Positions 9,118 through 17,918 of a stretch of 41,678 nt of DNA are shown piece after piece; position 1 is the stretch's first letter; every line of letters starts with the position of its first letter. Under the pieces are notes generated by a model. It ran no database searches, was not told where the DNA came from, and was given only the letters and a program-made list of their open reading frames with translations. This stretch comes from Sulfurimonadaceae bacterium (GTDB lineage Bacteria > Campylobacterota > Campylobacteria > Campylobacterales > Sulfurimonadaceae). The DNA lies in the NCBI GenBank assembly GCA_041548245.1, contig JBFESZ010000004.1, forward strand, positions 1-41,678. The letters run 5' to 3'. The position numbers and the translations under genes are program-made.

Positions 9118-11379
9118 ATGAGTGAGCATAAAGATTTTTTACGTACTATAGTAGAAAAGGATCTACAATCGGGCAAGTATAAAGGGGTCGTGACACGTTT
9201 TCCACCCGAGCCTAATGGATTTCCACATATCGGCCACGCTAAATCAATATGTATCAATTTTGGTATTGCCAAAGACTATCACGGGTACTGTCATCTCAGA
9301 ATGGACGATACCAACCCGACCACAGAAGACACGCAATATGTTGAGGCCTTAAAAGATGCCGTAAAATGGCTTGGATTTGAGTGGGAAGGCAGTGTTCGTT
9401 TTACCTCGGACTATTTTCAAAAACTGTATGAATATGCGCTGGACCTTATCAAAATGGGCAAGGCCTACGTGGACAGTATAGATGAAGACCAGATGCGGGA
9501 ATTTCGCGGTACGGTGACTGAACCGGGTAAACGCAGCCAGTATGCCGAACGCTCTATCGAAGAGAACCTTGACCTGTTTGAACGTATGAAGAAGGGTGAG
9601 TTTAAAGACGGCGAACATGTCTTAAGGGCAAAGATCGATATGAGTGCGGCCAATATGAAGATGCGTGATCCGCTTTTATATCGTATCCGACATGCCCATC
9701 ACTTTAGAACAGGTGACGCCTGGGCAATCTATCCGATGTATGATTTTGCTCACTGTCTTTCTGACTATATCGAAGGAATATCACACTCAATATGTACCTT
9801 GGAGTTTGAAAACAACCGTGATATTTATGATTGGATATTAGACACGCTTGGCTTGACACCGGCCCGTCCTTATCAGCATGAGTTCGCACGTCTTGACATT
9901 AACTACACGGTGATGAGTAAAAGAAAGCTTTTACAGCTAGTCAATGAAAAGAGAGTGAACGGCTGGGATGATCCGCGTATGCCAACCATCGCTGGCTATA
10001 GACGCAGAGGCTATACACCCGAGTCAATTGTCAATTTTTGTGACTCCATTGGTATCGCCAAAGCCAACTCGATGGTGGATGTGGCTCAGCTGGAGTTTTG
10101 CATCAGAGATGATCTGAACACCAAAGTACCACGTGTGATGTGTGTGCTTGAGCCACTCAAAGTGACGATTGAAAACTATGAAGGCAGTGAAGAGCTTGAT
10201 GCGAGTTACTATCCTGAAGATGTACCCAAAGAGGGTTCACGAAAGATTCCTTTTTCAAAAGAGATCTATATCGATCGTGCGGACTTTGCAGAAAACCCTC
10301 CTCCGGGATATTACCGTCTGACGCCAGAGCAGCCTGTACGGCTTAAACATGCTTATATCATCACCTGTAAAGAGGTAATCAAAGATGATAAGGGAGAGAT
10401 CATCGAGATTATCGCAGAGTATAACCCAGAGTCAAAAAGCGGATCGGATACCAGTGGGATCAAAGTCAAAAGCGCGATACAGTGGGTGGACGCTAAAGAA
10501 GCGAAGGAGGTTGAGGTAAGAATTTATGACAGACTCTTTAAAGATGAATCGCCAGAGGGGCTGGAGGATCTCAATCCTGATTCACTTAAAGTGATCAGAA
10601 ATGCCCTTATCGAACCTGCTGTGATCACGCAGAAGCCTGATGTAAGATTTCAGTTTGAAAGAGAAGGCTACTTTTTTGCCGAGCCTGTGGATTACACCGA
10701 TGAAAAGCCTGTGTTTAACAAGATTGTAGGTCTGAAAGACTCCTGGGGCAAAAAGAAAAAAGAGGATAACAGAAGATCTAATACAGAACGAAATCCTTTA
10801 GTTAAAAAGGAGCAGATCGATGGTGAAGTCGCTCCTATGAATGAAACAGAGCAAACACGTTTTGACAAGTACATCAATGAGGATAAGCTTAACAGTGAGG
10901 TGGCTAATACCCTTGCTCGTGATGAGAAGCTTTCCTCTTTTTATGAAGAAGCATTGGCTGTTGAATATACTCCTGTGCATCTTGCTAACATCGTAGCGAA
11001 TGAAGTGGCACGTGAGTTAAAAGAAAACGAGATCAGTGAGTTAAAGTTTAGTCCTAAAGAGATTGCAGAACTTGTGAAAATGGTAGATGAGGAAAAAATC
11101 TCAAACAAAATAGCCAAACAGGTCTTTGAAGAGATGGTGGCATCCGGTGAATCTCCTGAAAAAATTGTAGAAGCAAAAGGTCTTATGCAGATCAGTGACC
11201 CTGCTGTTATTGAAGCTGTTATTGATGAGGTAATAAAAAATAATCCAGAGAATGTGGCTAAATTCAAAGCAGGAAATCAAAAGCTATTAGGCTTCTTTGT
11301 GGGGCAAGTCCTCAAAAATACCGGCGGAAAAGCCAACCCTAAAATGGTTAATGAGCTCGTAGAGAAGAGATTGAAATAA
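9118..11379 (+). CDS. glnS: glutamine--tRNA ligase with C-terminal YqeY/GatB-like domain
   Basis: TRFPPEPNG.PHIGH, RMDDTNP, YPMYDFAH, VMSKR, GWDDPRMPT, FQFEREGYF; C-terminal GLMQISD...GFFVGQV...GKANP. Confidence 0.96.
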   Translation: MSEHKDFLRTIVEKDLQSGKYKGVVTRFPPEPNGFPHIGHAKSICINFGIAKDYHGYCHLRMDDTNPTTEDTQYVEALKDAVKWLGFEWEGSVRFTSDYFQKLYEYALDLIKMGKAYVDSIDEDQMREFRGTVTEPGKRSQYAERSIEENLDLFERMKKGEFKDGEHVLRAKIDMSAANMKMRDPLLYRIRHAHHFRTGDAWAIYPMYDFAHCLSDYIEGISHSICTLEFENNRDIYDWILDTLGLTPARPYQHEFARLDINYTVMSKRKLLQLVNEKRVNGWDDPRMPTIAGYRRRGYTPESIVNFCDSIGIAKANSMVDVAQLEFCIRDDLNTKVPRVMCVLEPLKVTIENYEGSEELDASYYPEDVPKEGSRKIPFSKEIYIDRADFAENPPPGYYRLTPEQPVRLKHAYIITCKEVIKDDKGEIIEIIAEYNPESKSGSDTSGIKVKSAIQWVDAKEAKEVEVRIYDRLFKDESPEGLEDLNPDSLKVIRNALIEPAVITQKPDVRFQFEREGYFFAEPVDYTDEKPVFNKIVGLKDSWGKKKKEDNRRSNTERNPLVKKEQIDGEVAPMNETEQTRFDKYINEDKLNSEVANTLARDEKLSSFYEEALAVEYTPVHLANIVANEVARELKENEISELKFSPKEIAELVKMVDEEKISNKIAKQVFEEMVASGESPEKIVEAKGLMQISDPAVIEAVIDEVIKNNPENVAKFKAGNQKLLGFFVGQVLKNTGGKANPKMVNELVEKRLK

Positions 11380-11456
11380 AAAGACGATCAAATAATATAT
11401 GTTTTATCACAGGTGTGAGTGTTTAATAGATAGAGTTAATGGTAAAAAGGTAGAGC

Positions 11457-11963
11457 GTGGTATATGACAATATAGTTTTAATAGGCTTCATGGGCAGCGG
11501 TAAAACAAGTGTAGGTAAAGCTTTGGCACGCCAGCTTCTTAAAGAGTTTGTGGATGTTGACACAGTGATTGAAAAAGAGCAAGGGAGTACGATTAACGAG
11601 ATCTTTGCTACCAAGGGAGAAGAGTATTTCCGTGCTCTTGAACAAAAGTCTATTGATCAGATCGCTCAAAAGAAAGGACAAATCATCGCCACAGGCGGTG
11701 GTGTTCCTATTTACAGTGTTATTCCGGAAAAGTCTCTCATTATCAATATAGATGCAGATTTTGACGTCATCATGAGACGTTTGAGTAAAACAGAGCGTGA
11801 CAAACGTCCTTTGCTTCAAGATGAGGTCAGGGCGAGGGCGTTGTATGATGAGCGTATTGATACCTATAGAGAATTGGCACACTACAGTGTTGATGCGAAT
11901 CAAGCGATCCCGGTGTTCATTCATATGATTGTAGATTATGTATTGGACAGAAGAGTTTTATAA
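11457..11963 (+). CDS. aroK: shikimate kinase
   Basis: GFMGSGKTSVG, D.D..IE, GEEYFR.LE, IATGGG, RPLL. Confidence 0.92.
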   Translation: MVYDNIVLIGFMGSGKTSVGKALARQLLKEFVDVDTVIEKEQGSTINEIFATKGEEYFRALEQKSIDQIAQKKGQIIATGGGVPIYSVIPEKSLIINIDADFDVIMRRLSKTERDKRPLLQDEVRARALYDERIDTYRELAHYSVDANQAIPVFIHMIVDYVLDRRVL

Positions 11964-11983
11964 CTCCATAATAAAGGGATGAA

Positions 11984-12652
11984 ATGTTAATTAATTGTGC
12001 GATTGGTGAACGAGGTGTTGCTCATGCAGTAGATGATCAGCTTATTTCTCTCATTCATATAGCAGATATTGCCTGCGGAGGGCATGCCGGAGATAAAAAT
12101 AGCATCAACTATTATAAAGATCTTTCAAAGAAACATGATGTGAAGTGTGCAGCTTACCTCTCTTATGCGAATGAGAACACTCAGGTCTCACATGAGGAGC
12201 TGATAAGCTCTTTAGAGGAGCAAGCCGCTGCTTTTGGTCCTATGGAATGTGTTAAGTTTCAAGGAGATCTTTACTTTCATCTTAACCGTAGTGTCGAGCT
12301 GGCAGAGCAGGTGGTAAATTGGCTGAGAAAAATGGGAGTTAAAGAGGTGATCGCACCTTATAGAAGTATGCTCCATAAACTATGTACAGAAAACTCGATC
12401 AGAACGATCTATGAAGCCTTTGCAGATAAGAAATATACCTCGATGAATGTAGGGCTTGAACTGATGTCACGAAGTCAAATTGGTTCTACCCTAGAGAATA
12501 TTGATGATATTGTACGACAGGTACGAAAGATAAGGCAGGGAGTTGTAGTTATTAATGATCAGAATCATCCTATAGAAGCAGAGACCATCTGTGTAGACTC
12601 TACTTCAGAGCATGCTATAGAGACAGTAAAAGCTCTGTTAAAGATATTATAA
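11984..12652 (+). CDS. LamB/YcsF (PxpA)-like protein with degenerate active site
   Basis: INC.IGE, IACGGHAGD, EAFAD..Y, ETICV are retained; the His residues of GAHP, KPHG and VH[GS]D are substituted. Confidence 0.8.
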   Translation: MLINCAIGERGVAHAVDDQLISLIHIADIACGGHAGDKNSINYYKDLSKKHDVKCAAYLSYANENTQVSHEELISSLEEQAAAFGPMECVKFQGDLYFHLNRSVELAEQVVNWLRKMGVKEVIAPYRSMLHKLCTENSIRTIYEAFADKKYTSMNVGLELMSRSQIGSTLENIDDIVRQVRKIRQGVVVINDQNHPIEAETICVDSTSEHAIETVKALLKIL

Positions 12653-12655
12653 CTG

Positions 12656-13087
12656 TCAGTCTTTCACGGGATCCATTTTTCTTGCAAGGTAATCAGCAGT
12701 CGGCGCATCTACGGATTTGACATGCATAACAATCCATTCGGGTGTTTTGCGTACAAAATTGATGATTTTATGGATATCACCATACTCTTTCCAGCTTTTG
12801 GTAGCGTAAGCAAGATCTGCCAAAAACATATCGTGAGCTAACTTATGCATCTCGTATGATGGGAAATTATATTCCTTCATCAATTGTTCTTCGTTGGCGA
12901 AATGCTCATGAACATGTTCGATGTACTCATTGAGTTTTTTCTCTAGCTCTTCTTGTGTCGCATTCCCTTCTTCACATCGGTCAGCAAGTTTGTCAATCTC
13001 ATTAAGAATTTTAATCTCGTTTTCGTGCGTTTGCTGCATCTGCTCAATGCTCATATATTCTACTTGTTCAGCGTAAATCAATGCCAT
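12656..13087 (-). CDS. single-domain bacteriohemerythrin 1
   Basis: Ligands H..HFANEE..HKLAH..HVKSVD. True start is ATG 13087 with AAGGA SD; the ORF-track TTG at 13150 lies inside the promoter. Confidence 0.9.
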   Translation of the reverse strand: MALIYAEQVEYMSIEQMQQTHENEIKILNEIDKLADRCEEGNATQEELEKKLNEYIEHVHEHFANEEQLMKEYNFPSYEMHKLAHDMFLADLAYATKSWKEYGDIHKIINFVRKTPEWIVMHVKSVDAPTADYLARKMDPVKD

Positions 13088-13136
13088 TGTAATTTTCCTT
13101 TTATGTGTATTATAAAATGAAATCAAGAATAAAGTA

Positions 13137-13150
13137 TTGATGAATGTCAA
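13137..13150 (-). promoter_or_regulatory. FNR/CRP-family box centred at about -41.5 of the hemerythrin 1 promoter
   Basis: TTGAT-GAAT-GTCAA (9/10 to TTGAT-N4-ATCAA); minus-strand TATAAT at 13114-13109. Confidence 0.75.
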
Positions 13151-13290
13151 GAAGAGAGGATTTCGGTTAAATCAATATGACTGTTTTACGCACGCTCTTA
13201 AAAATGTTTATTAATTATTATTCTGGCGGTTAGATAAAACTCTTTTGCTATAATCCTATCGATTTTTTAAATGGATAAAGGGAAAAAAAG

Positions 13291-13566
13291 ATGTTTGGTA
13301 TGCCAGAGACACGTACAGGTTATTCGATGAAGGTTGAGGGAAAGCATTTAAATCGTCCTGATCTGCATTTAATCGCGGCAGATTTAGGAATCAGGACTAT
13401 GGATGTTATCATCAAGGATGGACGCCTAGTTATTTACAATACATCGCAGGAGTGTCAGGAGATCATAGATGATAATGCATTAGCATCTTTTGTCGCAATG
13501 GCTCTTGATCTATCTCCTGAAAATATCACAGATATACAAGAGGTTAAAGCAGAGGTGGCACAGTAA
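13291..13566 (+). CDS. hypothetical protein (91 aa)
   Basis: TGcTATAAT promoter and AAGGGA SD upstream. Confidence 0.75.
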   Translation: MFGMPETRTGYSMKVEGKHLNRPDLHLIAADLGIRTMDVIIKDGRLVIYNTSQECQEIIDDNALASFVAMALDLSPENITDIQEVKAEVAQ

Positions 13567-13654
13567 AGATCTCTCCGCTTGATGATGCTTTTGTCATATT
13601 TTTTGTTACAATAGCTAGTGAGAGCTAAAAATCTTGAAAGTGAGGACATACACC

Positions 13655-13885
13655 ATGGAAATTCGAGTATATTTTTGTGCGGTTCTTTATAATGAGGACT
13701 CGGAGATCATTCAAGTTACCGATGCGAAAAAACAATCGGGTGAAACAGGTGTGACAGATGCCGTCTCGCAGGTTCAAAACTCCAAGACGACATTAACGGA
13801 TCTATATAAAGAGGGTTGGAGATTGGTTCATGTCATTGCTTCACATGAGACGAATGGATACAGGCTTTTTTTAGAGAGAGGTTAA
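13655..13885 (+). CDS. small hypothetical protein, DUF4177-like
   Basis: LYKEGWRLVHV...LFLER pattern; GAGGA SD before ATG 13655. Confidence 0.6.
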   Translation: MEIRVYFCAVLYNEDSEIIQVTDAKKQSGETGVTDAVSQVQNSKTTLTDLYKEGWRLVHVIASHETNGYRLFLERG

Positions 13886-13891
13886 CACGCT

Positions 13892-14308
13892 TCAGGAGTC
13901 TTCTCTTGTAGCCGAACCTGTTTGTAAATAGGATGCCATCGCATTGTCCATTGTTTCAACATGACTGATGAGCCAAGGTGTTAAATTACCTTTGATGTAA
14001 GCGTGAATGGCATTGATATCTTGATGTTGCTCAAAATACTTTATGATTGATTTGAGCTCCCGTAGATGTCGGTCATGCTCATTTTTATGCATTTCAAAGG
14101 CCGGAAAATCAGCCTCTTGCATTATTCCTTCTTCGTCGGAAAAATGCATGATCGTATGTTCCAATAATGCATTCAGTTTTTCGCTAACAGCTTCTATCTC
14201 ATGATTGATCGCAGCATTATCAAGTCTGTTTATAATTAGTATCTCTTCCAAATGCGTGTCATTCATACTTGGCAATGCAACCATAGTAAGTTGTTCTTGT
14301 GTGATCAA
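13892..14308 (-). CDS. single-domain bacteriohemerythrin 2
   Basis: MNDTH..HFSDEE..HKNEH..HVETMD; TTG start with AAGGA SD. Confidence 0.9.
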   Translation of the reverse strand: MITQEQLTMVALPSMNDTHLEEILIINRLDNAAINHEIEAVSEKLNALLEHTIMHFSDEEGIMQEADFPAFEMHKNEHDRHLRELKSIIKYFEQHQDINAIHAYIKGNLTPWLISHVETMDNAMASYLQTGSATREDS

Positions 14309-14326
14309 GCTTTTTCCTTTACCCGG

Positions 14327-14602
14327 TTACACCGAGTAGACTCTTATATTGTTGGTTTCAAGTTGTCCGTTCAAAATTCTTTGAATCGATGCCAGCGTTC
14401 CTCCTGAACTGTCACATGAACCACAAGCACCTACAAACGAGATATAAACGTCTGTTAAACCGTTTGTCTCTCTAAGATCGATAAAATCCAAGTCCCCACT
14501 ATCTGCGTGTAGATACTCTCTGATCTTATCATCTATTATCTTGTCAATAGCCGTTATCTTTTGGCCAATACTCATCTCGTCAAACTTTATTTGTTCACTC
14601 AT
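14327..14602 (-). CDS. NifU C-terminal (Nfu-type) Fe-S carrier protein
   Basis: IR.YL..D.GD, GACGSC (CxxC) motif; AAGGA SD. Confidence 0.85.
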   Translation of the reverse strand: MSEQIKFDEMSIGQKITAIDKIIDDKIREYLHADSGDLDFIDLRETNGLTDVYISFVGACGSCDSSGGTLASIQRILNGQLETNNIRVYSV

Positions 14603-14729
14603 ATGTTTCCTTTTTGAAAAAATATCATCTTATACCTTATTTCAAGATATGAAAAATAAGTAGCGTGATATTACAAGAATAGTTTTTAGTAAAGCTGTGT
14701 TACCCTCACAAAAAAATCAGGGGTTTGTT

Positions 14730-15236
14730 TTGAATGATGATTCAGGATGTATAACAGTTAACAAAAAGCAGGCATATCACAATTGCGAGATGACTTTTTG
14801 TTTTTACTACAGCAATGAGAAAAGTGATTTCAAAGTTGAGAAAGATCAGAAATACAAGATACATACAACGATTAAAGAAATAGAGCAGCTGAATGAAGCA
14901 CTGAATATCTATCAGGCTGATGGTTTTAAAGAGGCTTATTTGCGTTATGTGTCGGAAGTGGATGGTAGCCAGAGATACCCCGAGTTTGTTATAGATTATA
15001 TTGATGCAGTCGAAGCAGGCAGAAAACTTCAAGCTTTGGCTAATGATGAAGATACTTTAGTCCAGTTGTCGGAGTATTGCATTGAGACAGCTCCGACTTA
15101 TGCCGATGATTTTGGAATAAACAAGCAAATAGAAGCCATTAGTATAGATGCCGATACAAGAACTGTAAACGGCTATGAAGATTTAAGAGAGTATATTGCA
15201 GAATTAAAGAGAACAAAGGCGTCGCTGTTTGAATAA
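14730..15236 (+). CDS. hypothetical protein
   Basis: Long ORF (track start 14697); TTG 14730 preceded by AGGGG is the more plausible start. Confidence 0.65.
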   Translation: MNDDSGCITVNKKQAYHNCEMTFCFYYSNEKSDFKVEKDQKYKIHTTIKEIEQLNEALNIYQADGFKEAYLRYVSEVDGSQRYPEFVIDYIDAVEAGRKLQALANDEDTLVQLSEYCIETAPTYADDFGINKQIEAISIDADTRTVNGYEDLREYIAELKRTKASLFE

Positions 15237-15292
15237 GCAGTGTTAGATTTCTAACTACTTTGCTGAGATATCAAAGGTCTAAATTCCAAGTC

Positions 15293-15724
15293 TCAAGTGT
15301 GTGATTGTTGTTTAAAAAACATGGCAGTGACCGTATCCATTGTTTGAATATGATTAGTTAACCACATTGGAATTTCTTGGGATATGTACTCTTTGATGGG
15401 AATAATCTCACGCTCTTTCTTCCATTTCCTATACACAGACTCCATCTTTTCTAATGCTTTTTCATGCTCTGCTTTATGCATAGGATAAGGGGGAAAGTTC
15501 AGTTCGAGCATTTTTTGTTCTTCACCTTCAAAGTGATCAAGCGTATGCTCATACCAAGTTTCGAACTTCATATCAATATTGACAGCGTTCTCTTCACTCA
15601 TATCTTTGGTATATTGTACGATCAGATCATACAGATCATTAATAATATCCACATCTTCTATATGTACATCGTTCATAAAGTCCATAGCGACTTGCGGTAC
15701 TTTTTCTTTTGAAATCAAGCTCAT
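15293..15724 (-). CDS. single-domain bacteriohemerythrin 3
   Basis: MNDVH..HFEGEE..HKAEH..HIQTMD; AAGGAG SD. Confidence 0.9.
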   Translation of the reverse strand: MSLISKEKVPQVAMDFMNDVHIEDVDIINDLYDLIVQYTKDMSEENAVNIDMKFETWYEHTLDHFEGEEQKMLELNFPPYPMHKAEHEKALEKMESVYRKWKKEREIIPIKEYISQEIPMWLTNHIQTMDTVTAMFFKQQSHT

Positions 15725-15769
15725 ATATTCTCCTTTTAGAAATTATAATCTCTTTATGAGAAGCAGCTA

Positions 15770-15783
15770 TTGATATTTGTCAA
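15770..15783 (-). promoter_or_regulatory. FNR/CRP-family box centred at about -41.5 of the hemerythrin 3 promoter
   Basis: TTGAT-ATTT-GTCAA; minus-strand TATAAT at 15747-15742, the same spacing as at hemerythrin 1. Confidence 0.75.
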
Positions 15784-15924
15784 GGAAAATTCCAATAGTC
15801 TACGAAGATATGTGATTTCATAAGTCTATTGTTATTGTTGGATGAACAGCATTCCTATTCTTAGTAGAGACAAAGCAGGATAAATTACTCTTGAGACGCT
15901 AGGTGGTATTTATTACTACAAATG

Positions 15925-15930
15925 TAGAAT
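15925..15930 (+). promoter_or_regulatory. -10 box (TAGAAT) 6 nt upstream of ATG 15937; probable leaderless transcript
   Basis: gTAGAATcccgctATG with no Shine-Dalgarno. Confidence 0.5.
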
Positions 15931-15936
15931 CCCGCT

Positions 15937-17376
15937 ATGAATTTAGATAATTTAACACTTCAGACCCCCTATCTGTCACTTGATGATGAGTTCTACGATT
16001 TAATCGATCCCATACCGCTTGAGAACCCCTATTTGATAAGCTTTAATCCAAGTGCTGCAAAATTGATTGATCTTGATAGTGAGACCCATAACGATCCTTT
16101 ACTGGTTGAACTGCTAAACGGTTGTTTTATTCCGAAGGAGTCACGTCCCTTTGCCATGTGCTATGCAGGGCATCAATTTGGCCATTATAATCCTTGGTTA
16201 GGTGATGGCAGGGTATGTAATCTGGGAAGTGTGTCTGGCTGGAATTTACAGCTCAAAGGTAGTGGTGAGACGATGTACTCACGTATGGCTGATGGTAGGG
16301 CAGCTGTACGTTCATCCATTCGGGAGTATCTGATGAGTGAAGCGATGCATCATCTTGGTATTCCCACAACACGAGCTCTTGGGATCATCGGTTCAAAGAC
16401 AAAAATCATTCGTCAACAGATAGAACATGCCGCTATTATTATGCGTATGTCTACGAGTTGGGTCCGCTTTGGTACCTTTGAATACTTTTATTACAGAGGT
16501 GAACACCAAAAGCTGCAGACATTAGCTGAATATGTCATTGCCGAGTCGTATCCGCACTTGACAAACGATGATGACCGCTTTTTTAAGATGTTTTGCGAAG
16601 TTGTTGAGTGTACAGCTACCTTGATTGCAAAGTGGCAGGGAATAGGTTTTTGCCACGGGGTCATGAATACCGATAATATGTCTATAGCCGGTCTTACCAT
16701 CGATTACGGACCTTATGCTATGCTTGATGACTTTAATTACAGTTATGTGTGCAATCATACAGATCGTTTGGGCCGTTACAGTTATGGAGACCAGCCTAAT
16801 ATCTCCTATTGGAATCTTACTATGCTTTCCAAGGCACTTTCTCCGATCATCTCTAAAGATAGAATGCAGAAAAAACTTGATGAGTTCGGTGCGTTTATCT
16901 ACCCGAATGCCTATGTCGATGTCATGCGTAAGAAGCTGGGTCTTGTCGAAAAGTTTGAAGATGACGTTGAATTGATAACAGAACTTGTCGGAACGTTACA
17001 GGATGCCTACGTCGATCATACGCTTTTTTATCGGACGTTGAGTCGTTATGACGGTGACAGAACCCCTTTGTATGATATCGTCATGGAACCAGTCATAATG
17101 GATAACTGGCTGAAACTGTATGACGAACGATTGTCAAAAGAGCCTCGTACACAAATCGAACGCCAAAAAGCAATGTTAAAATGCAATCCTAAATATGTTT
17201 TGAAAAACTATATGTTGCAAGAGGCAATAGTGAAGGCAGAACACGGTGACTTTTCGATGGTCGAGACACTTTTACATATTGCTGCGCATCCTTTTGATGA
17301 GCTGCCAGAGTTTGAACATTTTGCAGGTGACACCCCTGAAGAGTACAAAAATATAGGGCTTTCCTGTTCATCATAA
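15937..17376 (+). CDS. selO: SelO/YdiU family protein adenylyltransferase, canonical E. coli-like type
   Basis: YAGHQFG, LGDGR, QLKGSG.T.YSR.ADGRA, RSSIREYL.SEAM, HGVMNTDN, IDYGPY, CNHTD, NPKY, C-terminal SCSS. Confidence 0.95.
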   Translation: MNLDNLTLQTPYLSLDDEFYDLIDPIPLENPYLISFNPSAAKLIDLDSETHNDPLLVELLNGCFIPKESRPFAMCYAGHQFGHYNPWLGDGRVCNLGSVSGWNLQLKGSGETMYSRMADGRAAVRSSIREYLMSEAMHHLGIPTTRALGIIGSKTKIIRQQIEHAAIIMRMSTSWVRFGTFEYFYYRGEHQKLQTLAEYVIAESYPHLTNDDDRFFKMFCEVVECTATLIAKWQGIGFCHGVMNTDNMSIAGLTIDYGPYAMLDDFNYSYVCNHTDRLGRYSYGDQPNISYWNLTMLSKALSPIISKDRMQKKLDEFGAFIYPNAYVDVMRKKLGLVEKFEDDVELITELVGTLQDAYVDHTLFYRTLSRYDGDRTPLYDIVMEPVIMDNWLKLYDERLSKEPRTQIERQKAMLKCNPKYVLKNYMLQEAIVKAEHGDFSMVETLLHIAAHPFDELPEFEHFAGDTPEEYKNIGLSCSS

Positions 17377-17410
17377 AAACATCACATAAGAAAACGAGAG
17401 GTTATATTAA

Positions 17411-17872
17411 ATGATATTAGGTAGTATGCAAGATGATATAAGCGATGTAGAGTTAAAGCAGAGATGGAGACTGTATTGGATTCAGTGTATTTTTGAATTT
17501 TCAAATCTTAAACTGCAACACATGTCATGGATAGAAGGTTCAACGGCTGAGTGGCCTGATGATGATATATGGTCGTCCTCTTTTAGTGAGTGTATGTCTG
17601 CCTATTTTGATGTCTTGTCATTGGATGACGGTTATGCGAAAGCTGTTGAATGGGGAAATGTTTCACAAGAAGAAGCACAGATGGCTAGCACGTTTAATCA
17701 ACATGCCTATTCATATATAGAACCTAGCGAGGACCCGATAGAAATATTAAAAGATGAGGAGTGGCTAGAGGTTGTCACACTTGCGAAAGAGTTCTGGAAT
17801 TATCTGAAATCAACGGTTACATCTCAAAGAGAGATTGACTTGATCAACAAGTTAGAAAAAGGATTTTGTTAA
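17411..17872 (+). CDS. hypothetical Trp-rich acidic protein
   Basis: GAGG SD; 34 nt after selO; ILKDEEW.EVV.LA motif. Confidence 0.75.
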   Translation: MILGSMQDDISDVELKQRWRLYWIQCIFEFSNLKLQHMSWIEGSTAEWPDDDIWSSSFSECMSAYFDVLSLDDGYAKAVEWGNVSQEEAQMASTFNQHAYSYIEPSEDPIEILKDEEWLEVVTLAKEFWNYLKSTVTSQREIDLINKLEKGFC

Positions 17873-17903
17873 GTAAAACAAGAACGTCTTAACCTTGTTT
17901 TAC
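17873..17903. terminator. hairpin between convergent genes
   Basis: GTAAAACAAG-(11 nt)-CTTGTTTTAC, 10-bp stem. Confidence 0.5.
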
Positions 17904-17918
17904 CTATCAAGCTATTGA

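Noticed and set aside
13088-13150. 21-codon N-terminal extension of hemerythrin 1 from TTG 13150
   Set aside because: It spans the SD, the -10 box and the FNR-type box; ATG 13087 matches the starts of the paralogues.
5020-17376. Selenocysteine recoding in the SelO genes
   Set aside because: Both end in Cys-Ser-Ser followed by TAA; there is no in-frame TGA.
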